Assembly: GCA_964016885.1 (NCBI GenBank)
Contig: OZ024741.1
Coordinates: 325,066,001-325,130,000, forward strand
DNA length: 64,000 nucleotides
DNA from: Eledone cirrhosa
Taxonomy: Eukaryota
Reading direction: 5' to 3'
The notes beneath the pieces are model-generated. The model saw only the letters and a list, made by a program, of their open reading frames with translations. It made no database searches and was not told where the DNA came from. A program made the position numbers and the translations under genes. How positions within the stretch are numbered: the first letter of the stretch is position 1; every line of letters begins with the position of its first letter. Shown here in pieces: positions 1-14,059 of this stretch.

Positions 1-130
1 AGATTTCTAAGTCCTGACAAATCATTTATTACATATCTCACAATGCTTCATATTAACTATATTAGCTAACGTTTAATGTATCTTTTTAACAAACATAACT
101 ATTATTATTATTATTATTATTATTATCAAG

Positions 131-292
131 GAATTGTTTCGCGTTCTGGTACATTAACATATGAAGCTGTACACCAGACAACTGCTGTAGGCCTTGGACA
201 GACACTGTGTGTTGGTATTGGCGGAGATCCTTTTAACGGAACAGATTTTATTGATTGTTTGGAAGTCTTCATTGAGGACCCTAACACAAAAG
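131..292 (+). CDS. SUCLG1: Succinyl-CoA ligase alpha subunit, internal exon (5' part of gene lies upstream of the window)
   Basis: Translates [47 protein letters not shown]; flanked by caag| and |gtaaaa. Confidence 0.96.
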
Positions 293-1369
293 GTAAAAAT
301 TTAATATTCAAACCATGAGAGTAGTAGACAGCAAAGCGGTAGGTCAATAGAATGTCAGATAGGTTTCAACTTCACATGTCAGATAGAAGGCGTCTACTTC
401 ACGTGAAGGCATGTGGCTTAGTGGTTAGAGAATTGTATTCATAATCATGAGGTTGTGAGTTCGATTCACAGACCAGGCAATGGATTATGACTTTGAGCAA
501 GACACTTTATTTCATGTTGTTCTTTCTGCCAGGAGTTGCAACTGTTAGATAGTATCGACAATGGAAAGACAAATGGAAACATTGTTTCCTTGGTCTGATT
601 TGACAAGTTCCACCTCACTCATCAAGCAAATAAGGTCTTGTTGATTGATTCCTTTCCTCCTCACATGAAAATGTGTGTTAAAAATAAAAAAATGAAAATG
701 CAAAGCTGAATTTTCTTAAAAGTTTAAAAGTGCCTGCTGTGGCACTAGTGCCATGCCGTATCAATGTATGCCTTTTTCCTTGGACAAACGTGTTGAGGAG
801 AGAGGAGATTACCATGACTAGATTTCTAAAAGTCTGACCTTACTATTATTGGACATACAACATCAATGTTATATATCTATTTCATCCCTGTCATTGACAA
901 TAGAGACTCTTGTGACATCATCTTCAGTGCCTTTCTGTTTGCTGGGAAAGTTGTGCTTCTGAATGAGTGCAGCCATTCTTTGCTTCTTCCTAGCACTGCA
1001 GGTTCTGCAATTAGGTCGTAAAGTTGAAGCCGAATGTGTTCAGATCTTTAATAGTATTTTCAGCGCTTATGTGGGCAGCCTCTGCTTCTCTTGCCACTTG
1101 CTAATTCACCAAGCAAGATTTGTTTTGGAATGTGACTATCATCCATTCAATATACATCACATACAAATACGATTATACTCACATGCACATATATATTGCT
1201 ATATTACTCTACTTCCACAGTATTTGTTCAGGCTTTTGGTGCTCTGGATTCAAAACCTGGCGAAATCCATTTTGCCTTTCAAGGTCGATAAGAAAAAGTA
1301 CCAGTCCAGTACTGGGGTCGATTCTACCTCTACCTCTATATCTCTTTCTCATTTCCTCTCTATCTCTTA

Positions 1370-1915
1370 GTCTCTCCTTCTTTAGAAGAAATGGCCATTT
1401 TCAAATTTTGGGCATTTTAAACTTGGTGGGTTCCACTTCTTCACCCAACAATCATTGTCCATGTGCATCACATGTCCAAACCAACACTGTCTTCTCTCCT
1501 GCTCATCCCCTTCAACTTGTCCAAGCTCTGCCTTTCTCTCACACTTACATTACACATCCAACGAAGCTTGGTTCCTTCATTTCTCTCCAGTCTACACATG
1601 TCCTCTGCATTCACAGCCCATGTTTCACTACCATGCTGCATCACACTTCATACACATGCGTCATACAGTTCTCTTTTTGTATGTAGAGAGAAACCTTTTG
1701 TGGTCAACAGTGAGAGTAGCTCTCTGAACTTTTTCCATCCTATTCTTATTCTAGCTATTATACTCTGAGCACCACCCACTCTCCATTGCTAATTACATTT
1801 CCTAGATAGCAGAAGCCATCAACCACTTCTATGGGTCCTTCCTGTGATTGGAATAGGCTTACATCACTAGCTATCTTCCTCTCGGTTACCCCTGTACACC
1901 CTCTACAAATAAAGT
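1370..1915 (-). mobile_element. Degenerate 3' fragment of RTE-clade LINE
   Basis: Similar to the C-terminal coding part of the RTE at 44039-46984 (e.g. ttttccatcctattcttattctagctatt vs ttccatcccgttcttaccctagttatt). Confidence 0.8.
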
Positions 1916-1964
1916 CTTCCCTTCCTGTACTTTATTCATTTGTGTTTATATTCTCTCAATTTAG

Positions 1965-2038
1965 GAATTGTCCTCATTGGTGAGATTGGTGGCCAAGCTG
2001 AGGAAAATGCTGCTGACTATTTGAAGGCGCACAATAAG
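1965..2038 (+). CDS. SUCLG1: SUCLG1 exon
   Basis: [25 protein letters not shown]; ttag| and |gtgaga; phase-compatible with previous exon. Confidence 0.95.
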
Positions 2039-2511
2039 GTGAGAAACTTGTTTTATCTAGCAATGTTGTAAGGAGGATGGAAGTATTCTTTGCTTTTTTT
2101 TTTAAATCTTAATTTGTTTTTGTTGTGAGGCAATGCAATGGTAGAATTGTTAGAGCATCAGACAAGGTGTCTTGTATTTATTCCAATTTTATTGCAATCC
2201 TTTCAAGAGCAACTTTGCCTTGCATCCTTCTGTTAAATAAAGTCTGTCTCAAGTATAGCGGCTCATCAGGCCCGAGCTTATCTCAGTTTTATAGGTGTTT
2301 AAACAACTGAGTGTGTAAGTCTTGCCACCTGGACATGATGCCAGTCCATCGTAGAGTTAATTCCCTTTATGTGCTGCTGGTGGTACTCATTTTCAACTTA
2401 ATTGACTAGAATAACATAAAGGAAGTGTTTTGCTCAGGAACACTGTGCCATCCAGTCTAGGAATTGTTACTCTGGCTGAATTTGTTCTATGGTCCTGCTT
2501 TAATATTATAG

Positions 2512-2705
2512 CCAGTGTGGATTGGCAGTATCGGTAGAGCGTCAGACACCATGCTTTGCAGCACAGTTATAACCCTTTACGTTCTGAGCTCAAATCTCAC
2601 CAAGGTTAACTTTGCCTTTCATCCTTATAGGGTCGATAAAATAAAGCACCAGTAATGCACTGGGGTAATTGCTGGCCTTGTGCCAAAAGCAGAAACAATT
2701 ATTAT
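2512..2705 (+). mobile_element. tRNA-head SINE, family A (representative copy)
   Basis: A/B-box-like head (tggcagtatcggtagagcg ... gagctcaaatc), core gcctttcatccttatagggtcgataaaataaagcaccagt; many dispersed copies in window. Confidence 0.8.
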
Positions 2706-2965
2706 AGCCAGTGTGTGAAGGCACTGGGCCTAGTGGTTAGTGGTTAGGATCATATGGTCATGGGCTCAGTTCCAGGACTGGGCAGCATGTTGTGTTCTTG
2801 AGTAAGACCATTTTCTCGTGCTTTATGATATAATTAAGGTTCCTATCATTAAAATACACCAAGAAAACTCTTTTGAGATACAACCTTGTATAAGGCAGTC
2901 CATCTAAACCTGCATGCGTGTGACATGTAAATTTTATTTTATTTTTTTAATAGTATTGGTATCAT

Positions 2966-3243
2966 CAACAAGATTGCCGCCTTTGTTGCTGGGGGGCAAC
3001 AAGATTGCTGCCTTTGTTGCTGGGGGGCAACAAGATTGCTGCCTTTGTTGCTGGAGGCAACAAGATTGCTGCCTTTGTTACTGGGGGCAACAAGATTGCT
3101 GCCTTTGTTGCTGGAGGCAACAAGATTGCTGCCTTTGTTACTGGGGGCAACAAGATTGCTGCCTTTGTTGCTGGAGGCAACAAGATTGCTGCCTTTGTTA
3201 CTGGGGGCAACAAGATTGCTGCCTTTGTTACTGGGGGCAACAA
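2966..3243. repeat. 30-bp minisatellite, about 9 copies, alternating variants (60-bp higher order)
   Basis: Unit ggcaacaagattgctgcctttgtt(g/a)ctgg(a/g) repeated head-to-tail. Confidence 0.95.
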
Positions 3244-3522
3244 GGTTAATGTCATTACTGAAGGCTACATGTTTTATTACAATTGCAGTAACCACTACAA
3301 ATACATGATCATCATCATCATCATTTTAATAACTGTTTTTCAATGCTGGCATGGGTTGGACAGGATTTCTTCAGGCAGTGTTTTAGGAGCACATGTCCTT
3401 CCTTCCTGATGTCAATTCTGGTAGTTACCTTTTATATCCAGAGAAATGGTATACTTATTCTAAAAAAAACCCCACAAAAGTCAGGCTCTGTATTTGTTAC
3501 ATTTGTTCATTTGTTTTTTTAG

Positions 3523-3711
3523 GGTCCCAATGCAAAACCTGTAGTATCTTTTATTGCTGGCTTGACTGCTCCACCTGGTCGACGTATGGGTCATGCTGGA
3601 GCCATCATTGCTGGAGGTAAGGGAGGTGCTAATGAGAAGATCCAAGCTTTACGGGATGCTGGTGTTCATGTGACAGACTCACCTGCTCAGATGGGTTCAA
3701 CTATGGTTAAG
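3523..3711 (+). CDS. SUCLG1: SUCLG1 exon with phospho-histidine loop
   Basis: [35 protein letters not shown]; MGHAGA catalytic His motif; ttag| and |gtaatt. Confidence 0.96.
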
Positions 3712-4029
3712 GTAATTCCACAAACTACTTTAGTCTTCATATACTTCATATTGGTATGGATGATGATTGTTGGGTGAAGAAGTGCCGAGAAATCTCAGTG
3801 GAAGGAAGCTGCAATAGAGGAACACCTGCTTGGAAGTGGTGAGAGCTGATCTCAGATCACTAAAATCTCACAGATGAGATGACAAAATAACGCGAAAAGT
3901 GGAGAGATGCTGTATTGTGAAGGACCTGTCCAACCCATGCAAGCGTGGAACAAGGCCGTAAAATGATACATTTTATGGCATTCATATGGTGTTTTTTTTT
4001 TGTTTCTCCATATTACAACTTAGTAAATA

Positions 4030-4410
4030 CATGTAGCTGAAATGGGATAAGTCTCAAGGATCTTTGAAGTAATGTTACTCAATATGGTATGTAGCTCAGA
4101 GATCAGGGAATCACTCCAGGTAGAGCTGCTACTTTTCTGCATTGAGAGATCACAGCTCCAGTACTATGGACATGCGATTCTTTCCTGAGACATTATAACC
4201 ACAGGACAGATTTTACTGGCAAAGCCAACCGGTAAGAGACCCTGAGATAGACGATGAGCAAGATGGTTGGATAATAGCCATAAGCTCAGTTGGTCTTGCT
4301 TGAAGATCCAGCTGAATCATTTAGAGAGAGGGTTGTTTCTGATAGGACTCTCTGGGAAGTGTTTCTGAGGACTCTCTCTCCATGACCCTCTTATGAATAA
4401 GTGGGCAAAG
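4030..4410 (+). mobile_element. Rex3/Expander-like RTE LINE 3' fragment
   Basis: Translates SSEIRESLQVELLLFCIERSQLQYYGH, typical RTE/Rex3 C-terminus; degenerate. Confidence 0.6.
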
Positions 4411-4719
4411 GAGAAGGTAAGTACATTTTCCATCTACTGTTAATTACTCTGGCCTAGCCACCCAACCAGTGGGGTGGTGTCATATAGAAGCTAAAACGTT
4501 CTGTGGTAGCGGGTGAAATCCAAGCAGCTAAAGGGTGATTGACATAACACAAAACAATAGTATTTGTTTTGATTTTGACATTTGAAGATGGAAACTTGGC
4601 TTGTCTGAAGAAAAGCAAACCAAATTTCATTAGAAGTTAGATATATGATGATTATAATAATATATAAACTCGACGATTATAATAATATATAAACTCCCGT
4701 GTTTTTTTTTCTTTTGCAG

Positions 4720-4740
4720 GCCATGCAAATGCGTTCTTGA
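4720..4740 (+). CDS. SUCLG1: SUCLG1 terminal coding exon
   Basis: Poly-T tract plus gcag|, then AMQMRS-stop; AATAAA motifs near 5029 and 5206 downstream. Confidence 0.8.
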   Translation, partial: AMQMRS

Positions 4741-6239
4741 AATGCCAAATAATTACCATCATTTGCTGCCATATGAAACATCTATTGTCTTTGGGTGGGG
4801 TGGGGAGTATTTCTGGCAGTGGTTAGCAACTATCAGTGATTCAGTAAATTGAAAAAAATGTCTCTTTTTTTTCCTATCCATTTTCTAATGGATCATTGTT
4901 CTGTTTTGGATATAAAACATTGATGATGGTAGTGCTGTTTGTACTACTACTATTATTATTGTTATTATTTTTAATTAAAACAATAATTTTTTTATTTTTT
5001 ATTTTTTATTTTTTTTTTGTTTTTGTTCAATAAAGCTGAGATGAGAACAAATTGCTGACACTAAAATTGTGTGTGTGTGTGCGTGCGCGCTATTATAGAA
5101 ATGATTTCTACAAGACAAGAACTTTCATTTGTAAGGAATCACCAGGAAAGTCTTTCTGATGATTTCTTACGATGATTTCTTACTTCCTGTAGAAGTTTTT
5201 TTTATAATAAAATAGATATGCCTATAGTCTATTAACAGATTGAGTACCTTTATACATCAGGAATCCACACTCTCAAGCGTGAACCTAATACTAACATATA
5301 TATATATATATATTTGAAAATATCTTTGCCTTTTGTAAAGCTGCCACAACACATGCCAACTATAAAATAGTTGAATAATTCGTAATTGTAATGGTATTGC
5401 AACCATCTGTGTTTAATTCCCGCGGGTGCCTCTGTCCATTTTTTTTTTTTACCATCTCCAGGAGTTATTTACCCAATTTATTCAATTATTGTATAGTTGG
5501 CCTGCATTGTGGCAACTTATTTTCAAATTCGCCTGACTCTTTGCAAACGATTGTATGTATGTATGTGTGTGTATGTATGTATGTATATACACACATACAC
5601 ACTCACTTGCACACACACACTTGCATGTATAAATACATATATACACACACACTTGCAAAACAAATAATAGAAATATGATTTAGTTTAAGCTACACTACTA
5701 TATATTTATTAAATGTAAATTTGGGGTTGACTGAATTAAATTGAAGATAAAGGCAGATAGAAAGATATCAAAGCAAGAATTACTCTATTTACAGACATGG
5801 ATATTTTTTTTTTTTTTTTTGCTGTTTTTTGTCTTTGTTTTTATCCCCCTCAAAACATCTGAAGAATTTACTGTTTTAAAGGCTAAAAGATTATGTTAAT
5901 CATAGGCCCAAACTTTTTATATATTTTTTTTCTTATTGGAGTTATATCTGCCATGTTGGAGTGTCTTCAATGCCGGGAAATACAGAAATTTTCTAGAGAG
6001 GGGGCAACTCACTCTCTCTTTCTAACTGCAATCTAAGTTGATTTATATATGTACTGGGAGGGAAATATCATTTGTTCCATTATCCCCCTTTTTTTGGTGG
6101 AATGAGGCAGTGAATGGAAAAGTAAGAGATTGTGTTGGTGGTATATTTGGGTTGGGTTTCAATCTATATATATGGATTGGGTTTCCATTACAACTAATTG
6201 TTGGGGAACTATTTGCTTCTTTTACTTTTTGTTTATATA

Positions 6240-6590
6240 CTGCCAGGAGCTGTAACTGGTAGATATATTCAACAACGGAAAGACTAATGGAAATATTGTT
6301 TCCTTGGTTTGATTTGACGGTTGTCTTTTCTTTCTGTCTGTAATTTGCCAGCACTTGACCAATGAATATGGTGTTTCTTTCAACCAATCTGACGGTTCTC
6401 CCATTTCCTTTGTTTACCAGGAGTTGCAACTGGTAGATAGTCACCAATGGAAATATTGTTTCCTTGGTCTGATCTCAATCTCTCTCTTTTTTTTTTTTTT
6501 TTTGTTGATATATTGCCAGGAGTGGTAGATAGTATCAACAAGGAAAAGGCTGGTGAAAATATTATTTCCTTGTTCTGATCTGACAGACGA
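6240..6590 (+). repeat. Tandemly amplified SINE-tail segment (3-4 degenerate copies)
   Basis: Recurrent ccaggagttgcaactggtagatag...gaaatattgtttccttggtctgat, also found as SINE tail at about 525-615 and inverted at about 19530-19620. Confidence 0.7.
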
Positions 6591-8751
6591 CTGCTCTTCT
6601 TTGTTTTTATAATGTCTCACCCACATTTAAGTTAATAGACAATCGTAGTGTGTTAGTGTTGGATAGACTGCTTAGTTGTATTTGTTCTGGATATCTGTGA
6701 TCGGAGTTCAAAATACCTTTTAAAATCAACTTCATCTTTCATCCTTTCAGAGGTTGATAAAAAAATGATTATCACTTCTCTCTTTCTCTCACTCTCTCTC
6801 TCTGTTATTCAAAGGTCCTTCTTTGACATGTCATGTTGTCTCACGTGGATATCCAGCTGTGTACATATTAACTTCACAAGTAGGAATTTAGTTGTTTGAA
6901 CAGCTGAAAATTCATCAAAACTGGCAAGGAATCCACTATATATTGGTCTCTCACTTTCTCTTTGTTTTTTTGTTTTTTTTAAGAACTCGTAAGTCACTGA
7001 AACGTCACTGTAATAATAGTTAGAAAATCTCTCTATATGAATGTATGTATATATAATGTATTGTTTATATATATGATGCATATATAATGTATTGTATTTT
7101 TGGAGGAACATTTTTGCAATTTGAAGACACAAACTATTATTAACTATTAGCTAACTTCTTAATCAGTTTGTCAGTAAAGAATTAGACTGCAACCAGTGGG
7201 TGTGTTATAATTGGTAAAATGACCCTCCATTAGTGATTACAATAGTTTCACATACACACACACACACATTCATTTGTCCAATCTAATCATTTACAAATTG
7301 ACATTAAATGATGTGTGTGTGTGTGTGTGTAAATGCTTTTATGGTTGAATGTGATAAACACTAAACATTGTCCTGAATTAAGGACTCATATTCTGTATAC
7401 AGTCAATATAATATGTTATAAATGGTGACTCGTTACATAGAAGTAAGCAGTCACCATTAATAACATATATATATATATATATACACATACACACACATGA
7501 GCAAGACAGTTATCTGATCTGATTTATCCCACAATGGGACAACTAGCCTAACCCATGGTGGTGTGGAAAAGTGGATATTAAATGGTGATAATTATGATAT
7601 ATATATATATATATATAGGAAATGGTAGTTTACTTGAAGCATTGCGTAGTGAGGTATAAACGTATACACATATAAATACACACACACATGCATATATAGA
7701 TACCCACACGTGTATACACACACACACACACACACACCAAGTCTTCTTTGTTCAGATCTTTCTCTTTTTTTTTTTTATTAAAGAAAAATTACATATGAAA
7801 GTGGAAAAATGAGTGGTATGAGAAAAAAAAATGAAGACATCTAACATTAGCAATAATATTTTTCTCCCCCACCCCACAAAAAAACATCCCTGTTGTCATA
7901 TCAGCAGCATTTTTTTTTTTTTTATTTTTTTTTTTATTTCCCCAATATTATGCAGGGTTTCTCATGGGCCATGTTAATTCATAACTAGGCTTTCGGGTGT
8001 TTTGGGCTTTTCTGTCTGTCTTTTATCCCACCTCAACAAAAGCAATTGACAGGATTAATGAGCCTCTAAACTTCAGCTTTGTGAATAATACAACCCTGGT
8101 TTTCTCTGTAAGATGCATCTCCAACTGTCACTACCCCCACAAAAATGCTTTGATACATAACAAAGGTCTCTGTATTATTTCATTAACTCCCTCTGATGCT
8201 TTCTCTACTAACTTCTCTTAATATCTTTGTGCAAAGGTTGTTGTTAGCCTTTAACTCTTAACACCCTGTACTGAATGAGCAAAATATTGTTGAAAAGTAC
8301 AAAGCAGCACTAAAACTGAATCATGTTAAAAATTAGTCTGTAAATTTTTTTTAGTAAATTAAAATCTGTCTGCTAGTAAAGATAGTATAAATGTTTGAAT
8401 TAACAAGTCACAAAGAACCACATTAGTGAGACATTCATATTAAGTATTTTATTGAAAAATTTGTCTTTACTCTAATACTGTGTGTTTTCACAATGATCTG
8501 TCCACTAGCAATGTTACTATAAATAACCTGTTCTTAAATATATGTTCTGTTAAATCGTTACAGGATGTTAAGAGTTAAATAATAACAAAAAACTAGTTGA
8601 AAATGTAGTTCAGTAGTCTCACCCCACTCCATCTCTTAATTTGGGGTATTGGGAATGAATTTGGCCCTAGTTTGAATGCATAGCTGTCTTTGTAGAGATA
8701 GCTTTAATATCATTTTCAGAAAAAAAATGTATTAACAAATATAAAATAAAA

Positions 8752-8782
<31 letters not shown>

Positions 8783-10509
8783 AAGTTTTCTCTTTTTTTT
8801 TTCTTTTTCAATTTGTTTTATTCCAAATTATGAAACTTCCTAAGCCCCTATGAATCCAACCTGACTAAAGCTAGCTTTGGTTCTATAAAACAAAACCATT
8901 TAAAGTGTTTTAAATTAAAATCTTCCAACCTAATTTCATGTAAGAATCATCATGCCTGCTGTCTAATGACTAACCAGTAAATAAGTTTTAGTAACTAAAT
9001 AATTTATCATGGTTTGCTCCCTTCTGGACCCTGTCTGGGGTCTTGGGATATGTACTCTTTGTGCTTTCATCCTATGCCTCACTGGACAGGTTGCAGGCCC
9101 ATCACCAGTTTTTGCAGGATTGAATGGAGGCTGCAATATATTTTTTGAACAGGCCAGTCTTGCTCGGAGATCCAGCCGGATCAATTGGAGACTGTTTCTT
9201 CAGACAGAACCTGCTGGAAGGAGTACTTGAGTCCCTCCCTCCTCACAACCATTCCAGGAATAAATGGGCAAAGACAATTTTAATAGATCCCTCAAAATTC
9301 TTTATTAATTACGTGAAATAGCTTTCATTAGAAATAAGTCAAAATAGTATTTTATGCTTTGATGCCTTGTTTTATTTATTTTTTTTTTTGTTTTTGTTTT
9401 TTAAGAAATAGATGTGAGGGTTAATGATATGGATGTTGTACAAGTAAACCTAAAGACTGAGCCTTCAATTTGCAATATAATCATCATCATTTCATGTCCA
9501 TTTTCCATGCTAGTCATAGTGCTGTTTTGTACTTTTCAAAAATGTCTTGCTAATGTGGTACAAGACATTAAGAGTTAAAGCAACTCTGCATTGTGTATAG
9601 ATGGCAAATTGGCAGTCATTAGGACTTTGAATAGAATGCTATGCAATATTTATTCTGGTACTCTGCATTCAAGTTCAAATCCCACTCAAACACACTATTA
9701 GCATCTATTTTCCATGCTAGCATGGGTTAGACAAGTTGTCCGTTTGTGAGACAAGTCAAATCAGGTGATTGTGTCTTGCTCATACAAAACTGTTTTTGAC
9801 TTGGTTTCTACAGCTGGAAAGATGCCCTTCTTGATACCAGCCATATTTACAGCTTGAACTGGATGCTTTTTATCATGGCACCAAAATGACCATCTAAGAA
9901 ATTGGACTGGGTACTTTTTCGTTGTCATGACTATGACCACCTCACAGTGGACTGGGTGCTTATTAATAATGATGGTTTCTAATGTAGACAGAAGGTGAAT
10001 AATATTGAGAGAAGAGGAAAGTCGATTAACCATTTTCAAGGTTTTTAGATAAATGAAGCTCATTAAACCTTTTGATACCAACCTGGCTAAAACCAGCTTT
10101 GGTTCTGTGAAATAAAGGGTTTCTATTTAAATTAACATAATTTATATAAGAGCCATATGTTAATTTACTTGCATAGTAAAGAAATAGTCTATTAAATCTT
10201 CCAGTACTTGACTAGTGTTTTATTTTATCAACCATCCTGGAAGAATGAAAATCAAAGTTGATCTCAGAACATAAAGAGCTGAAAAAGCATTTTTTGTTCA
10301 ATGCTCTGATTCTGCCAACTCAGCCCTATACAGTTATGATAATGATTTCTAACCCTGCCAAGTATGAAAAGTGCAACATATAAGATTCACACTAATTGCG
10401 TATACAGGATTAAAATTATTTATGGTAGTGAGGTGAATCTTTTAGCTATGTGCGAAAACCCCCTTGACTGTCATCAAGCAATCACACCTTTATTCCCACC
10501 CAGGTACAA

Positions 10510-13150
10510 AGAAGGAATACTAGAGAACCTAATCATCACTATCAGGTTACACACTTCCAGGCTATCACTCAATGTGAACACACTGAAAGATAGATCTGGA
10601 TAAATTGTTCAAGAGGTGAGATGGAAGGGTAGTCAACAAGACTACTCACAGGCAAACATGGATGCAAGCTCTTCTGGGTAGATGATGTTGGGGTAGTCGG
10701 AGTAGGAGTTTTTGCTGAGAAGTGGATAATTGAGGTAGAGTTAGTGATAACTATCAAGCTCAGAATGGTCATTGGTAATAAAATTATGACAATTATCTCT
10801 GCATATGCACCACAAGCAGGACTGAGTAAAGAAGAAAAGGACCATTTCTATGAGGAACTTTTACAGGCAACTGCAGGGACCTCATCATCATAGCTGGTGA
10901 CTTCACTAAACATGTTGGACAGTACCAGGATACGTAGTAGCTATGGTTATGGCTCAAGAAAGGAAGAGGGGAGTGAGGCTCCTGGAATTCTGTGATGCAA
11001 ATGAACTAACCATTTGCAACACTAATTTCAGGAAACCAGCCATCCAACTGATCACACCAGCCTAGAGAACATGCAAACCAGATTGACTTCTTACTTGTTA
11101 GAAAACAGTATAGATAGATGGTCATAAATGTTAAGACCTTCCCCGGGGAAGAATGCACTGCCCAACATGTTAGTTACTAGCAACATTAAAATAAGCATAA
11201 GACAGTAAAGAATGTAGAAACATCTAGAGGAATGTATGGAAACTAAGGGACTTTTCAGATAAATTTCAGTTTAGAAAGGCTCTATGGGATGCATATGATG
11301 AGTGGGGAGCCGAGTTAAATACATATGACATAGAGGGCAATTGGAAGTTCTTATGTGACAACCTACTACAGACTACTGATGAGATGGGTGTGAAAAAATG
11401 GGGTTTGCAGAGACCAGTACCAGGTAGCTAAGAGAGAATCTAGACAACAAGTATACATAGCACGTAAAGAAGGTGGTTTGCCAATGTCTTATAATGCAAA
11501 GTTCAAAAACGAAGGGTGTTCGGCATAGCAACGCAGTGTTAGGATGTTTTGGGGAATGATGCTGATGCACTTAGAATCATTGATGCTCAAAAGAAAGAGG
11601 CCTAGAAATGCTACTATGAAAAGGTGGAGAACGAGTTGGAGGAAGGGAGACCACTTCCAACTGACCCAACAGAGGGACCAGCTATGGAAATAGACAGTTA
11701 TAAGGTTAAAGAAGCAATTAAGATGTAAAATGGTAAAGCTGCTGGACTGTCAGTAGTTGCTGAGATATTGAAAGTATGTGGAGAAGGAGGAGCTGAACAG
11801 TCACCTGCTTAGTCAATCAGATAATTCAGGATAGCGTCATACCATAATTGTTAATTGCTACAAGGGGAAAGGGTGATGCACTAGAAAGGAGCAACTACAG
11901 AGGTATAAAACCAATGGAGTAAGTTTAGAAGTGACAGAAAGATTCCTAGTACAACTGATTTGGAAAATAGTTATACTAGATGAGATGCAGTTCGGTTTTG
12001 TGCCAGGGTGGAGTACGACAGATGTCCTCTTCTTAGTGAGGCAACTACAAGAGAAGTTCCTAGCTAAGAGTAAGCCTCTATATCTAGCATTTCTTGACCT
12101 AGAGAAGGCCTTTGACAGAGTACCATGACGTGTCATCTGATGGTCCTTAAGGAAACTTGGTGTAGAAGAATGGTTTGTGAGAGTGGTGAAAGCCATGTAC
12201 AGAGGAGCTGTTAGTAAAGTGAGAGTAGGAAATGAGATTAGTGAGGAATTCAATGTACAGATAAGAGTGCATCAGGGCTTGGTTTTCAACCCACCTCTGT
12301 TTACTATATTCCTTCAGGTCATAACAGCAGTTTGAACTTCTGTATGCTGATGATCTGGAATCTATAGAACTAGAGAGCAAATTTCGACTATGGAAACAAA
12401 ACTTAGAATCAAAGGAGCTAAGAGTAAGCTGAGCAAAAACGAAAGTGTTAATTAGTAAGAAAGAAGACAAGGCCCAAATTCTACCATGGAAATGGCCTTG
12501 CTCGATATGCAGAAAAGGAGTAGGTAGAAACTATCCTATGTACACAATGTAACTTTTGGTTACATAAGAGGTGTAATAGATGTTGAAAATAAGAGTTTCA
12601 GTGATATACACCTTTTCAATCCCACGTGGAATCCATAGAAGTGGTTGATAGCTTCTGCTATCAAGGTGACCAAATTAGCAGTGGAGGTGGGTGCTCCAGG
12701 AGCATAGTAGCTAGAATAAGAACAGGATGAAAAAAAATTAGAAAGTTACTACCCCTGTTGACAATAAAAGGTTTCTCCCTATGAATTGACTGTATCATGC
12801 TTGTGCAATGTTACATAGTAGTGAAACATGAGCAGTGATTGCAAGGGATATGCGATGGCTGAAGAGAGCATGGATGAATTGAGAAAGAGAAACTGAGTAT
12901 AAGAGGAACCAGATGTTATGTGCAGGAGAGAAGACTCTGCTGGTATGGACAAGTGATGTGCATGGATGATGATTGTTGGGTGAAAAGAGCCTAGAAATCC
13001 CAGTGGAAGGAAGGCCTGGACGGAAGTGGTGAGAGATAACTAGCTCACAGTAGAGATGTCAAAGATTGCAAGAAGTGGAGAGATTCTGTAAAGGACCTAT
13101 CCAATCCATGGAAGCATGGAAAAGCAGACGTAAAATGATGATGATGATGG
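10510..13150 (+). mobile_element. Old, near full-length degenerate RTE LINE (APE + RT + PHD remnants)
   Basis: SAYAPQAG, LDEMQFGFVPG, LYLAFLDLEKAFDRVP and LLYADDL motifs with many stops and frameshifts; (GAT)n tail. Confidence 0.9.
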
Positions 13151-13244
13151 TGGTGGTACTGTAGTCTCCATCCTGTCATCCAAAAGTAGAAATCTTTAAT
13201 GAGGTGATAGCTGTTTCAACTGTTAAACTACTAACATGTGGTGC

Positions 13245-14010
13245 GGTAAATAAATATATACACCAGGTCTGAACACAGAGGAACCCATCTCTCACTGCCT
13301 CTGTCTATCTCGCTCCCTTCATCTCTCACTATTATGAGCAAATAGGGGCTCACTCGCTGGGTGCCCCACAGCCCCGGTGGACAGAACAGAGAAGGTGTTT
13401 CCCCGGAGAATGGTGAGGGAGACTCACACCTGCGGGTAGCTAACTCTGAGTATGGAAGAGACCCTAGGGCCAAGGACACCAGAAATCTCCACTGCTATGG
13501 ATCAGAGAGCGACCGATATTTGGAGAGTTTATCCTCCTCGGTCCGAAGTGCAGCAGAATCTGGGTTAGTCGCAGACTGCACCAGGTTGCTGCCAGAGAGT
13601 GTGCCATTGCATATGACATCCCAGATAAGGGGTTTACCATCACGGAATGCTGTCTGTGCTTTTACAGTCCAGCCCCGCTGGCTCGAGCTGAGAGGGGAAG
13701 CCTGTAGCATCCAAGCTATGTTTTATGGCCTCGTTTAGAGCAACATGGCGTGGAAAGCGACTGGCACTGTAGCGGCAGGACAGCAGGTGGAGGCCAAAAG
13801 AGTCTACGGTGGATTTGCAGCGACATTTGCATGGTTCGCAGATCTGGAGGCGAACCTCAGGGAAACACCAATTTACAGCCTATCATTATCCAACTACATG
13901 GCAGCCGAAAAGAAGTGTAAATCATTGAGTCAGGCACCGCTGTCGGGTTGCGAGGCGGTGAGGACATGTCGCACTGGATGGCATCCCATATGCTCTGAGG
14001 GGATTTGACG
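13245..14010 (-). mobile_element. CRE-like non-LTR retrotransposon 3' fragment (zinc knuckle + restriction-like endonuclease)
   Basis: Minus-strand translation: ASQPDSGA*LN, IGVSLR, CRCKSTVDSFGLHLLSCRYSASRFPRHVALNEAI, GKPLIWDV...AALRTEEDKLSKYRSL. Confidence 0.75.
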
Positions 14011-14059
14011 TCTACAGGGGAAAAAGGAGGAGGAAATCTACAGGAAAGGAGTTTCTTAC

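Noticed and set aside
405-480. tRNA gene-like sequences here and at other SINE heads
   Set aside because: A/B boxes run straight into SINE core sequence, and no complete cloverleaf is evident
2914-3409. Cys-rich and repetitive ORFs; CRISPR-like palindromic repeats
   Set aside because: Head-to-tail 30-bp units with no unique spacers, in a eukaryotic intron; the ORFs are a by-product of unit length
8963-9321. Cluster of short ORFs in a GC-richer patch
   Set aside because: No recognisable domain and no convincing exon chain; probably decayed repeat
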